Shown piece after piece: positions 23,601 through 34,402 of a stretch of DNA of 34,402 bases. The first letter of the stretch is position 1; every line of letters begins with the position of its first letter. The position numbers and the translations under genes were made by a program. Below the pieces are notes generated by a model that did no database searches, was not told the origin of the DNA, and saw only the letters and a list, made by a program, of their open reading frames with translations. Location of the stretch: assembly GCA_051453625.1 (NCBI GenBank), contig JBOZIK010000001.1, forward strand, positions 634,476 to 668,877, written 5' to 3'. The DNA comes from Welwitschia mirabilis. Taxonomy: Eukaryota.

Positions 23601-24169
23601 TTTAATTTTACTTGCCTACTATTTTGAAATATATTGAATTTAGTGAAAGTTTCTTTTTTATTTTTTTGGCATTCCATTAGATTTTGTAGTTTTTTAAATA
23701 TTAATTTATTACTTAATTTTATTCTAGTTTTTACAAGCCCAACAATCTTTTAGAACACTAATAACATCATGAATCTAATAAATATATTGGTCATGTAAAG
23801 GCTTAAACTTTTAATTAAAGTTTAGATAGTATATCATGATTTGCATAATAAATATTAAGCATCATTCTTTTGTAATAGTATTTTATTAATCATTAAGATT
23901 AAAATTTGATTACTTAAAAATGATTAATAAACATGTTGCTAATATCCTTATAATAATTATTTTACTAAAGTTTGTAATAGGATGGTATTCTAACTAGTGG
24001 AAATATCATCCTTCATTTAGAAGGAAATGCATTTAAACATTTAGATAGCTTTCTTAGCATAATAGAAGGCCTTGGATATAACTACATAATCATTTGAGTA
24101 CTAGTGGTATCTATACTTTTACTAATAGAAATGCTCATTAAAATTATTAAAATCTAGTGGAACCAAAAT

Positions 24170-24445
24170 TGTAAAATTTAAGTTATAATGAGATGATCAT
24201 CTTCTATATCATGAACCTTGTATATTTTGAAAGCGTTTATACATTTCATAGGTATTTACTCTATTAGTTGAACATCATCTTTGTTCTTTATTTATGTATA
24301 ATAATCATTCATAAATTCAAAGGTTTTAATGCCTTTGAGATAAGATTTATGGCCTTCCCACAATGTATATGAAATACTTATGTGTAAAGATAGTTTATTT
24401 AGAACCATCTTGTATTAGTAACTTCTTCCCATTATATTACCTCCA
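24170..24445 (-). pseudogene. Ty1/copia integrase C-terminal fragment
   Basis: WEEVTNT / VLNKL...SYTLWEGHKSYLKGIKTFE...MKCI...YKVHD matches copia WxEA..TA..LN..PYELWxGxKP..FG..KC..Y. Confidence 0.7.
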
Positions 24446-24899
24446 TTTTATTAATAGTTGCCAAAAATGTGAAATAGAATATAAGAAATGCTGACAAAAT
24501 TCAAAATAGATATAGAAATATATAGAAATTAAAAATAGGGAGAACACTTTTATAGCCAATAGAATTCATAAATTGAATGAATTAGAATTAGATTGCATAC
24601 AATTAATTTAGCTTGATGTAAATTAAACATTATATGAAAAGGTATGACTTTTTAAAAAGTAATTATGAATAGTTATGATGTTTCATTAGATTCATTAACT
24701 AGTTGGTTTATATTATTTATTATTATTTTAATATATGAAAATTCATTTTGTTAAGGTAAAATACAATGGAAACGAGATATATTAGTTATAATACATTTCA
24801 TCTTTTTTATTTTATCAAGCACTCTTTCTTAAACTTATAAGTCTTTATCTTTGATTTTTAAAGCTTCTAAATATTGCTAAAATTTTATTTCTATAATTA

Positions 24900-25400
24900 T
24901 TTTCATGATTCTATTTGCTATCTGCCACTAGTATTGATGTAGCTTACATTGATGAATTTCTTGAAATACATATCTCTCATAGAGTAAAGTTTGACTTTAG
25001 CATGCTTTATTCATTCATGAAATATAGAAATTTTCATAAGTTTATTTATAATATGATGATTACAATATACAGAAATTAGAATTTTAGTGTCTTTGCTAAG
25101 ATTACTTTGAACTTAATAGATCTATTTTAATTAACATAATGTTGCTATTACATCGTACGCTACTTCAGTAGAAGAAAGTGTAGTAGGTTTTTATTTTTAG
25201 CCTAACTATAAAATGGTATTTTCATTAAACTAAATGATGTAACAAATGGTTGATCCATTATGTTCAGCACTAGTCTAATCTAAATATGTATAGCTGACTA
25301 AAATTTCTTTTTTTTTTAAAGAGTATGCCATGTTTTATAATTTTAGATAAACTCTATAGTATATTGATTCCAACTTTGTTTGGAGAATGCATGGCTCTAG
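24900..25400 (-). pseudogene. Ty1/copia RT end and RNase H fragment
   Basis: AMHSP...HGILF; K*KPTTLSSTEVAY; VYCNH; IFHE*IKHAKV; INVSYINT. Confidence 0.8.
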
Positions 25401-25468
25401 TTAGTTTTTTAATAGTAAATGTGATGTCTAATACTATATCTATTACATATATTTACTTGCTAATTAAC

Positions 25469-26857
25469 TATAGGATCGAGAACCTTGGAAATGTAGGGCG
25501 ATGAATAGGTTTCTAAAAATATTCAAATAACTTCATAGTATCAACTTGCTTGAAATGAATCACTAAAAACTTGGAAAATAAAAATAAAACTATTATAAAA
25601 ATATAAAATGATAGAAAACACAAAAATACCCATCAAAAGCACACAATATTTATAGTGATTTAAGAAAACCCCCTCCTCCACTCTTGACAATTAGCTTCTA
25701 TCTAAGCCTGGTCTAGATCTCTATTAATCTCTTCTAGGTATTGCAGGTTTATCTATAGCCTTTACAAATGGACTTTTTCCAAAGGCTTAGTCTCAACCTT
25801 TTGCAAGAAAATATAGTACTAATGATAGTATGTCCAAATGCATAGGTATCACTTGATCTTTGGCTTAATGAAAGTATTGAAATGCTTCTCCTAAAGATGA
25901 TATAATTTAGAAATAAGAGGTGCTATAGATCTGACCATGTATGCAAAGATATCATAGTTTTTTATTCATCTTTAGTTAGGAATACAATGCTAAATGAGTA
26001 CCATGATAAATCCACAAGATTCAAAAGTTTGATAAAATATGTAATGGTGATTTGATTCTTGGCTATATATAGTAGAAGACTTTTAAGGTTTTTACAAGTG
26101 AAAAAACTCTTCTAATAATCATAAAACATATACATAGTGGCTATAAAATTTTCATTTCCATCATGACTAGTTGATTATTCAAATATTTAGTTAACTCCTC
26201 TTGATGCTGTCACTTAAATCAGTCGTGCTTGTGTTTTTTGGTCGATTCAGTTCTTATCGCTTCATGTCTAGTTGATTCCTCATGATCCAATCGACCACTT
26301 ATCTAGTTGCCTACATATTTATCTAGTTGTCTGCTTAGTCTAGATAAAATCCATTATAGTTTTTCTACTCTAGATTTGATCAACCTCTCATAAATCTGGT
26401 CAATTTTTTATTGATCGACTGTGAAGTATTGATGCTCAGTTCTCAAGTTCGATCAATCCCTTAGATGTCTAGTCTATCCCTTGATGATTGTCTAGGAAGT
26501 ATTGGGTGCATAGTGCTTAGGTCTTATCAACTCTTAGATGTCTGGTCAACCCCTTGATAATTAGTTTAGAAGTACCAGTGCTAAGGTTCATAAGTCTAAT
26601 GGATCCCTAAAATGTCTAGTTAACCCCTCTAAAATTGATTCATTTCTAAGTATTCACTTTAAATGTGGTCGACCCCTTAGAAGTATTGTTAACCCCTCAA
26701 GGGAGTAAAAAACTTGACAAGTTTCAAGATCAAAATGTGACTAATATTGTGTTATCTTCTAACTTATAAGTGATCAATATTTTTTGCACAAATTACAACA
26801 AATTTATGTACATAGAAAACATTAGTTTAACATCAATTAGTAAATAATATTTTAACA
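25469..26857 (-). mobile_element. 3' LTR (~1.39 kb) of a minus-strand Sirevirus-like copia
   Basis: On minus: PPT AAAGGGGGATAT, then TGTTAAAATATTATTTACTAATTGATGTTAAACTAATGTTTTC, ending CCTATTCATCGCCC...GGTTCTCGATCCTATA. Homologous to 27503-28967. Confidence 0.85.
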
Positions 26858-27338
26858 ATATCCCCCTTTGACATTGATGATAAAAGTTTTTTAGTAGTTG
26901 AGGATATTAGATTTGGAAAATCTCCTCCTTACAAAATGCTTATTAACTTTTGCAAAAATATTAAACATTTTATATTAAGTAAGACATTTTAAAAGTTCTC
27001 AAATTGTGACAATATTTAAAAACAATTTGAAGTGCTAAAATATATATGATAGACAACATTTTGATTATGAATTATTAAATAATAATAAGATATACTAGTA
27101 ATTAGAGTTCATAGTAAAAATAAATGTGCACTAAAACATTTGAGATACAAATTATAAAACATGAAAACAAGTGAATTTCTATTACTAAAAAATAAACATT
27201 ACAATGAAAAGTACTCATTAAGACTAGATACATCTGAAATAAACATAAATAGCTAACTAATTATTTTCCTTTTAATATCAATAATAAAGAAGAGAAGAAA
27301 CATAAGCATGAAAGAAAAACATAAACATAGAAAGAGAC
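26858..27338 (-). mobile_element. Pre-LTR region with multiple PPT-like motifs of the minus-strand element
   Basis: Purine tracts at ~26858-26869, ~26919-26931 and a decayed one at ~27260-27275. Collinear with ~33560-34074. Confidence 0.75.
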
Positions 27339-27500
27339 CTAGTCAAATTCCTCTGCTACCTTCTCTTCTGATTCTTCTTCAGAATCTTCTTCGTTTTCCT
27401 CTTCCTCTTCTCTAAATACCTTCCTCGATGAGATTCTGGCTTCCTCTGAAGTATTAATAATCTCATACCTAGCTATAGTTAGAGCTTCCTTCATATGCCT
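27339..27500 (-). pseudogene. C-terminal acidic end of the extra (env-like) ORF of the minus-strand element, truncated by insertion
   Basis: Open frame RHMKEALTIARYEIINTSEEARISSRKVFREEEEENEEDSEEESEEKVAEEFD*, in the position of the Sirevirus extra ORF (upstream of the PPT region). Env-like identity is inferred from position only. Confidence 0.6.
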
Positions 27501-27502
27501 AG

Positions 27503-28967
27503 TATTGGATTATGTTTTGCCAATTGATGTTAAACTAATGTTTTATCTATAGCAAATTTTGTGTTTTTTTTGCAAAAGATGTTAAATTACTTATAGGTTT
27601 AAAGATATAACTTAAATACTAAATTTCTGAGATTATAATCCTATTAGTTTATTTACCTTCCAGATGGGGGGTCGGCCACACCTGAAGCAGATAGAAAATA
27701 AACTGCATCTAGAGGGGTTGACTGGATTTTTAATGGGATTGACCAGACCTATAACCTCGAGAAGGAGTGTCCCTAAACTAAATGGAAAGCGGACTAGAAC
27801 TATATGAGGTTGATCAGATTTGAGAACCTAATAAATAGTATCCTGATACTAAATAACAATGGGTCGAATTGACTTATGATGAGGCCAACTAGACCTAAGC
27901 ACTATGTAGTTGATACACCTAAGCTGATTATCATGAGGTCGACCAAACCTATAATGGGATCTACCGGACTCAATGCAAGAAACTAGAAATAAATTCTATT
28001 AAAAGAGCAGGTGACTAAATGAATAGTAAGTAACCAGACTGGGGTCAACTGGACCCACATGGGGTTAAGCAGACAAGAAGCCAGAAGAAATTAGAGCAAC
28101 CAAATTTCTCACTCAGGTGACCTATGTAACTTATAGCACCACATGGGGTCGACCAGATTTTTGTGAAGTCGACCAGACAGAGTAGAAATAAAATTTTTCT
28201 AAATGTTATGTATCTATTATGTAGCTGTTAGATAGCCATTTATGGCCTGGGGAACGTATTTCAAATGTACTAAACTCTAAAAGCCTTCTAATAGCTAAGC
28301 CATAGATAATAAAGGCATCCTTTTTGTAATCATTCTCATTTTGATCAAATCTATTGGATCTGAAGGATCAAGTATTGGATTTTTATATGATTATCAATTT
28401 TGTATCTTAGCATCCTTATATTTGACTGAAGGAGATATACTATTGACATACTCTCTACATTCAAGGTCAGATCTAGAGTTCAATTGTTTTACTACTATAG
28501 AACAAGAGCTCCATCAAATGTGCTGATTCTAGAATGAGTGATATCTATGCTTTCGAGGCATCATTTCATCACTATGCTATTATCTAAAGGTTAAGACTAA
28601 GCCTTGAAAAGTCCATTCAAAAGGTTGAAACTAAGCCTGGAAAAGTCCATTTTATAAAGGTTATAGGTAAACCTGGAATATCTAATGAAAAAGTAACGAA
28701 GATTTAAGATCTAGCTTGGGGCTAGGCTGATCATCAAGAGTGGAGTAGGGGATTTTTCAAACCACTATAAATCCAACTTGCATAAAATTGGTATTTTTAT
28801 GCTTTCAAGTTTTTATTTTCTTAATTTCATTATTTTCACATGTTGTGCACTTTCTAGATTAGTTTACTTTTATATGCAATTTTTATTAGATTAGATTGAT
28901 TTAGAATATTATGTTGAATTTTTTTAAGAACCTATTCATCCACCCTCTAGGGTTCTTCATCCTATCA
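27503..28967 (+). repeat. 5' LTR (1465 bp)
   Basis: Start matches 34075 onward; ends CCTATCA before the PBS. C-rich CCTATTCATCCACCCTCTAG at 28931-28950 resembles the Sirevirus LTR-end motif. Array of GGTCGACC-type palindromes. Confidence 0.9.
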
Positions 28968-28969
28968 TT

Positions 28970-28981
28970 TAGTATCAGAGT
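28970..28981 (+). other. Primer binding site, initiator tRNA-Met type (decayed)
   Basis: TAGTATCAGAGT vs canonical TGGTATCAGAGC, 2 nt after the LTR end. Confidence 0.85.
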
Positions 28982-29029
28982 AGGTTAAGTCTGTTCTTAG
29001 ATCTTAACTGATCTGGACTTTAGGACCAC

Positions 29030-29930
29030 ATAATGTTTGTCCTATTTGATAATTTTTAAAACATGCCCTTCCTCTATACTTATGCATTTATTTGTATATG
29101 TTAGATAGCATATGGATATATTTTTAAAAATATTGTAGCCATTGGAAACACTCAAGGAACAAGTGAAAAAGACAAAAGAAATGCTCAAAAATAAGACAAA
29201 GATAGGAGATTTTCCTTTATAAAAATTATGCCCTCATTGCAAGATACGTTGAACACATTAGATCATGATAATCATGATATGGAAAATAAAGAACAAGAAG
29301 AGTTAGAAGACATCTATCAAGAGTTGTACTAAGAATATAAAAAGCTAGCTAGGAGGATAAATGATCTGAATAAGATTATAAAATCCCTTACAAAGGAAAA
29401 GAAGGAAATAAAATTAATTTTCAAAGATTCAAATCTGAAAACTCTGATCTCACTTTATAGGTAAACGAATTATCTTATTTTGTTAATAAACTTTTAGATG
29501 AATATAAAAATTTTTAGATGGATCTAAAAACTCCGATCTCACTTTACAGGTAAAAGAATTATCTTATTTTGTTAATAAATTTTTAGATGGATCTACCAAA
29601 TTGAAACAAATGCATGGAGTTTATAAACCTATTAGTAACAAGTCAGGCATTGGTTTCATCTCTTAAATTCTTAAAAACAGCAAAGTCAGGTAACTAGTGA
29701 TGGTAAGTTCCTTTCAAAAATCACTTGTCATTTCTATGAAAGAATAGATCATTCAAAACTCATATGTAATGCTATAAAATTAATGTTATTTTCAAACTTA
29801 GTTTGTACCTTTCCATTTAAGTTTAATCCTAAAGAAAATATACCATGTAAGTCTAGAAAGAATATGTGGGTAAAAACTAATGATCTTAAAAGTTTGTTAA
29901 TTTAGATAGCTTTCAAGATTTTAAATAACA
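29030..29930 (+). pseudogene. gag: Short, decayed gag remnant
   Basis: KFLDGSTKLKQMHGVYKPISNKSGIGF; decayed zinc knuckle CHFYERIDHSKLIC; MWVK (cf. WVPK). Confidence 0.65.
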
Positions 29931-29932
29931 AA

Positions 29933-32900
29933 AGCTAGTATCTTAATAGTGGATGTTCAAGTCACATGATAGAAGATAAATCCAGATTCCAAAAACTAAG
30001 CCACTTTGATGGAGGAGAAGTGACTTTCATGGATAGTGGAAGAGCAAAAATAGAAGGAATTGGAAGCATTGATGAAGGTAACATTCCTAGAATTAATGAA
30101 GTTTTGTATGTAAGTGGTTTAAAGAATAATTTACTAAGCATTAGTCAAATTTTTAACAAAGGTCACAAGATAGTTTTTAATAAATTAAAATGTGAAATTT
30201 TGCATAGAAAATCAAATGATGTGATTCTTAGAGCTAGTCGAATAGATAATGTTTATAGCATAGATCAATCATTTTTTGCATGTTATTTTTCGAATGTTCC
30301 TCAAGAAAAGTTGTGGCATAAACATCTAGGTCATGTTAATTATGATCAATTAAAAATGATTATTCATAATAACATTGTTAAATAAATTCCTAAGATAAAT
30401 ATAAAAAAACAATATTTGTGTGATGCATGTCAAAAGGGAAAACAAATCAGGACCTCTGATAAAATAAAAATTCAAGCTTCCACATCTATGCCATTAGAGC
30501 CTATTCATATGGATTTAATAGGCCTTGCTCAAACTCAAAGTCTAGGTAGTAAATGTTNNNNNNNNNNNNNNNNNNNNNNNNNNNNNNNNNNNNNNNNNNN
30601 NNNNNNNNNNNNNNNNNNNNNNNNNNNNNNNNNNNNNNNNNNNNNNNNNNNNNNNNNNNNNNNNNNNNNNNNNNNNNNNNNNNNNNNNNNNNNNNNNNNN
30701 NNNNNNNNNNNNNNNNNNNNNNNNNNNNNNNNNNNNNNNNNNNNNNNNNNNNNNNNNNNNNNNNNNNNNNNNNNNNNNNNNNNNNNNNNNNNNNNNNNNN
30801 NNNNNNNNNNNNNNNNNNNNNNNNNNNNNNNNNNNNNNNNNNNNNNNNNNNNNNNNNNNNNNNNNNNNNNNNNNNNNNNNNNNNNNNNNNNNNNNNNNNN
30901 NNNNNNNNNNNNNNNNNNNNNNNNNNNNNNNNNNNNNNNNNNNNNNNNNNNNNNNNNNNNNNNNNNNNNNNNNNNNNNNNNNNNNNNNNNNNNNNNNNNN
31001 NNNNNNNNNNNNNNNNNNNNNNNNNNNNNNNNNNNNNNNNNNNNNNNNNNNNNNNNNNNNNNNNNNNNNNNNNNNNNNNNNNNNNNNNNNNNNNNNNNNN
31101 NNNNNNNNNNNNNNNNNNNNNNNNNNNNNNNNNNNNNNNNNNNNNNNNNNNNNNNNNNNNNNNNNNNNNNNNNNNNNNNNNNNNNNNNNNNNNNNNNNNN
31201 NNNNNNNNNNNNNNNNNNNNNNNNNNNNNNNNNNNNNNNNNNNNNNNNNNNNNNNNNNNNNNNNNNNNNNNNNNNNNNNNNNNNNNNNNNNNNNNNNNNN
31301 NNNNNNNNNNNNNNNNNNNNNNNNNNNNNNNNNNNNNNNNNNNNNNNNNNNNNNNNNNNNNNNNNNNNNNNNNNNNNNNNNNNNNNNNNNNNNNNNNNNN
31401 NNNNNNNNNNNNNNNNNNNNNNNNNNNNNNNNNNNNNNNNNNNNNNNNNNNNNNNNNNNNNNNNGAAAGTAAATGCTATATGCTAAAATATAAAGAATAC
31501 TTAAGCAAATTTGAATCAAAAGAAGATGAAGTTATCTTCTTAGGTTATTCAACTAGAAGTAGAGCCTATTGTGTTTTTAACAAAATAAGCTTAATAGTTG
31601 AAGAATCAATAAATGTGCAAATTAATGATATTGACATAAAAACAAATTACACAATTAAGGAGGAGGCCATAACCATAAGTATTCCCATAACCAATGAAGG
31701 CTCTACTGAAATAAATGAAGTTCAAATAAAAGAAGGAACACCAAAAAAGCCCAAAATTCTTAAGATCATCCTTTAGAATCCATTATTAGAGAAGTAAACT
31801 CAAAAATAAAGATAAGAGGTTCTATGAAAATTTTATGTGCTCATGTTTCTTATGTCTTGAAGATAGAGCTCAAGAAATTTGAAGAAGTAGAAATTCATGA
31901 AGAATGAATGATGGAAATGCAAGATGAGCTACAACAATTCAAATAAAAACGATATTTGAAAGCTAGTAGAAAGGCCAAAAGATAAGAATATCATTGGACC
32001 TAAATGAATATTTAAGAAAAAATGTGATGAAAAAATAATGTCATTAAAAACAAAGCAAGATTAGTAGCTTAAGACTACAATCAAATAAAGGCCATTGATG
32101 TAGGAGATAATTTTGCAAGAGATACTTTTACTCTTGTTGCAAGGTTGAATAGCATTAGAATGTTTTTGTCTTTTATAGCTTTTAATAATTTCAAAGTGTA
32201 TCAAATGAATGTAAAAGTGCTTTTCTAAATGACACATTAATTAAAGAAAACTATGTAGAACAACCATAATGTTTTATTGATCCTCATAAAACTAATCATT
32301 TATATAGACTTAAGAAAGAATTAAATGAATTAAAACAAGCACTAAGAGCTTAGTATGAAAAGCTAGCTACATTTTTAAATGAAAATGGATATATTCAAGG
32401 AACTATAGATAAAACTTTATTTGTAAAGAATATGAAAAATGATTCCATTATTATACAAATTTATGTAGATGATATTATCTTTAGTGCCTCATGAAAAGCT
32501 ATCAAAAGAATTTGCAAATATCATGATAAAAAAATTTGAAATGAGTATGCTCGATGAAGTTAAGATGTTTCTTGAACTTCAAATCAAGAAAAGTAAAGAT
32601 GAAATATTTTTTCTCAATCAAAATATGCAAGAAATTTAATTAAATAATTTGGTTTAGAAAATCCAAAAACAACTGACACTCCTATGTCTACATCATATAA
32701 AGTAAGTTTAGATGAAAAAGGTAAACCAGTAGATCAAAAACTTTACAGAAATATGATTAGTAGCTTATTATATCTAACTATAAGTAGACAAGATATCATG
32801 TTTAGTGTTGGCATTTGTGTAAGATATCAATCCCAACTAAAAGAATGACATCTTCAAGTAGTGAAACATATAATTAAGTATGTAAAAGATACATGTGATC

Positions 32901-33410
32901 ATGGCTTATGGTATCCCACCAAGACATCTTTTAAACTGACAGGTTTTAGTAATGCAGATTGGGATGGATGCAAATATGATAAAAAAAGTACAAGTGTAAA
33001 TTGCTTTTTTCTAGGTTCATATCTAGTAGGATGGCTGAGTAGAAATAAAACTCTATTTTTCTCTCTACTATAGAAGCTGAATATATTGCAGCAGATAGTT
33101 ATTACATCATCTTTTATGGATGAAATAAATGGTAAAAGATTTTGGTATTAATTTTGAACAAGTTCCTATTATTTGTAATAACACAAGTGCTATTAATATA
33201 TCAAAAAATATAGTTTAGCATTCAAGAATAAAGCATATTAAACTTATACATCATTTCTTATGAGATCAAGTTGGAAAAGGACACATATCTATGAATTTTA
33301 TAACTATAGACTAATAATTGATAGATATTTTTACTAAACCCCTAAACTTTGATACTTTTCTTTGTCTCAAAAATGAACTTGGGGTTCTCTCACCATCCTA
33401 TGTTGATTAA
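29933..33410 (+). pseudogene. pol: Decayed copia pol: protease, GAG-pre-integrase, integrase (core in gap), RT, RNase H
   Basis: *YLNSGCSSHM; NLLSISQ; LWHKHLGH; CDACQKGKQ; IHMDLIG; IFLGYSTRSRAY; KNKARLVA; QIYVDDIIF (YVDD 32462-32473); NADWDGCKYDKKSTS; EAEYIAA; DIFTKPL. Confidence 0.95.
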
Positions 33411-33590
33411 AAGATAGTCAAACAAATTTGTTATTTGATTAACTAAAATAAGTCAATCGTTCAGCTTTTAATTCAGTCGTCTAGTCGATCCAGGTTCTAT
33501 AGCTATCATAGCAACAGTACAGAATAGCAAATTATCATTTATATTTTGATTTTTTGGTAACTGTTTCTTCTTTTGTCTGTTATTAATGTC

Positions 33591-34074
33591 AAAAAAGGGA
33601 GAATTAGTTGGTTGTTTGTTACATATTTATTTTATTGTTTGTTACATATTTATGCATAAAATTATTTGTTAAATATTCATGCACAAAATGGTATTTCATT
33701 TGGTATCTTAAAACTATTTGTGCTTTTTCAAATCGTATATGCTAACAATATTTTTCCTTTGACAATATAAGTGATAAACTAGAAAAGTTTAGAGTCTTTT
33801 TAACATTTAGAAATAAATCATCATTTCTGACATCTGATTTAATGTTAAATATGTGTTTATGATCACATTATGTCTATTATAAAGTTGTGCCTTTTTAAAC
33901 TATCATATTAAATTATTTCATTTAGAGCATAAAATTTTTTGTTCAAAATACTTTCACTTTTTTTAAATTAGAATATTATTTTGCAAATAGGCATTTTGTA
34001 AGGGGGAGTTTTTCTATGAGTTGTAAGTTTATCACAACTAACTAGTATTTGCCATCAATGTTAAAGGAGGAGAT
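33591..34074 (+). other. Multiple polypurine tracts
   Basis: AAAAAAGGGAGAA (33591), AAGGGGGAG (34000), AAAGGAGGAGAT (34063-34074) abutting the LTR. Confidence 0.8.
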
Positions 34075-34402
34075 TATTAGATTATGTTTTATTAATTAAT
34101 GTCAAATTAATGTTTTCTGTGTAGTAAATTTTGTGTAATTTGTATAGAAAATGTTAAATTTTTTGCAGGTTGAAAGATAAAACTAAAATGATCAACTTCT
34201 AAGCTTAGAAACCTGTTAGTTCATTTACCCTTAAAATGGGGAATCAACTAGATTTTCAAGGGGTTAACCACACCTAAAGTAGACAAAAAATAAACTACAT
34301 CTAGAGGGGTCAACCAGATTTTTTGTAGAGTTCATGGTACCTATAACCTTAAGAACCAGTGTTCCTAAACCAAATGGAAAGGGGTTAACCGGACCTATAT
34401 AG
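34075..34402 (+). repeat. 3' LTR (partial)
   Basis: TATTAGATTATGTTTT... matches 27503; shared AAATAAACT(G/A)CATCTAGAGGGGT and ACCTATAACCT. Confidence 0.9.

Larger units (their letters stand above)
27503..34402 (+). mobile_element. Sirevirus-like Ty1/copia LTR retrotransposon, decayed, 3' LTR cut by window end
   Basis: 5' LTR 27503-28967, PBS, gag remnant, PR-INT-RT-RH order, three PPT-like tracts, 3' LTR from 34075. Confidence 0.93.

Noticed and set aside
23601-23900. Further copia integrase core fragment on minus (KKETFTKFNIF...KIKC)
   Set aside because: One short motif in AT-rich DNA that does not resume beyond the adjacent insert.
26200-28180. CRISPR-like spaced repeats
   Set aside because: Eukaryotic LTR interior; motifs are about 8 bp, degenerate and irregularly spaced, with no cas genes.
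1381-28526. Short 60-81 aa ORFs as host genes
   Set aside because: Mostly antisense or out-of-frame readings of decayed repeats with no recognisable motifs. 19114-19326 is at best part of the Ulp1 pseudogene.
30416-31776. Long ORFs of 325-407 aa in the track
   Set aside because: Artefacts of reading through the N gap (30558-31464); only the flanking integrase residues are real.

Overview
Very AT-rich, CpG-depleted plant nuclear DNA with no intact host gene: a stack of old, nested, deamination-decayed transposable elements with three assembly gaps. Left to right: (i) a probable solo LTR (313-1456); (ii) an unclassified repeat family (1457-7710) in direct, tandem and inverted copies, with two decayed, divergently oriented ORFs around a shared non-coding block holding a GGGGAG-N3-CTCCCC hairpin, the best candidate here for something undescribed; (iii) the 3' end of a chromovirus-type Ty3/gypsy (chromodomain, PPT, LTR 8052-10235); (iv) a Tat-type Ty3/gypsy pol with aRH-RT-RH-INT order (10239-13352) and its 3' LTR; (v) a second diverged copy of the chromovirus LTR; (vi) a decayed accessory-type ORF; (vii) a minus-strand DUF1985 + Ulp1-like pseudogene; (viii) Ty1/copia debris; (ix) a minus-strand Sirevirus-like 3' end whose extra (env-like) ORF is interrupted by (x) a plus-strand, env-less Sirevirus-like copia of the same family (27503 to window end). 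Most short ORFs in the supplied track are spurious. All domain calls come from manual translation and motif recall, not database searches; boundaries of decayed features are approximate.
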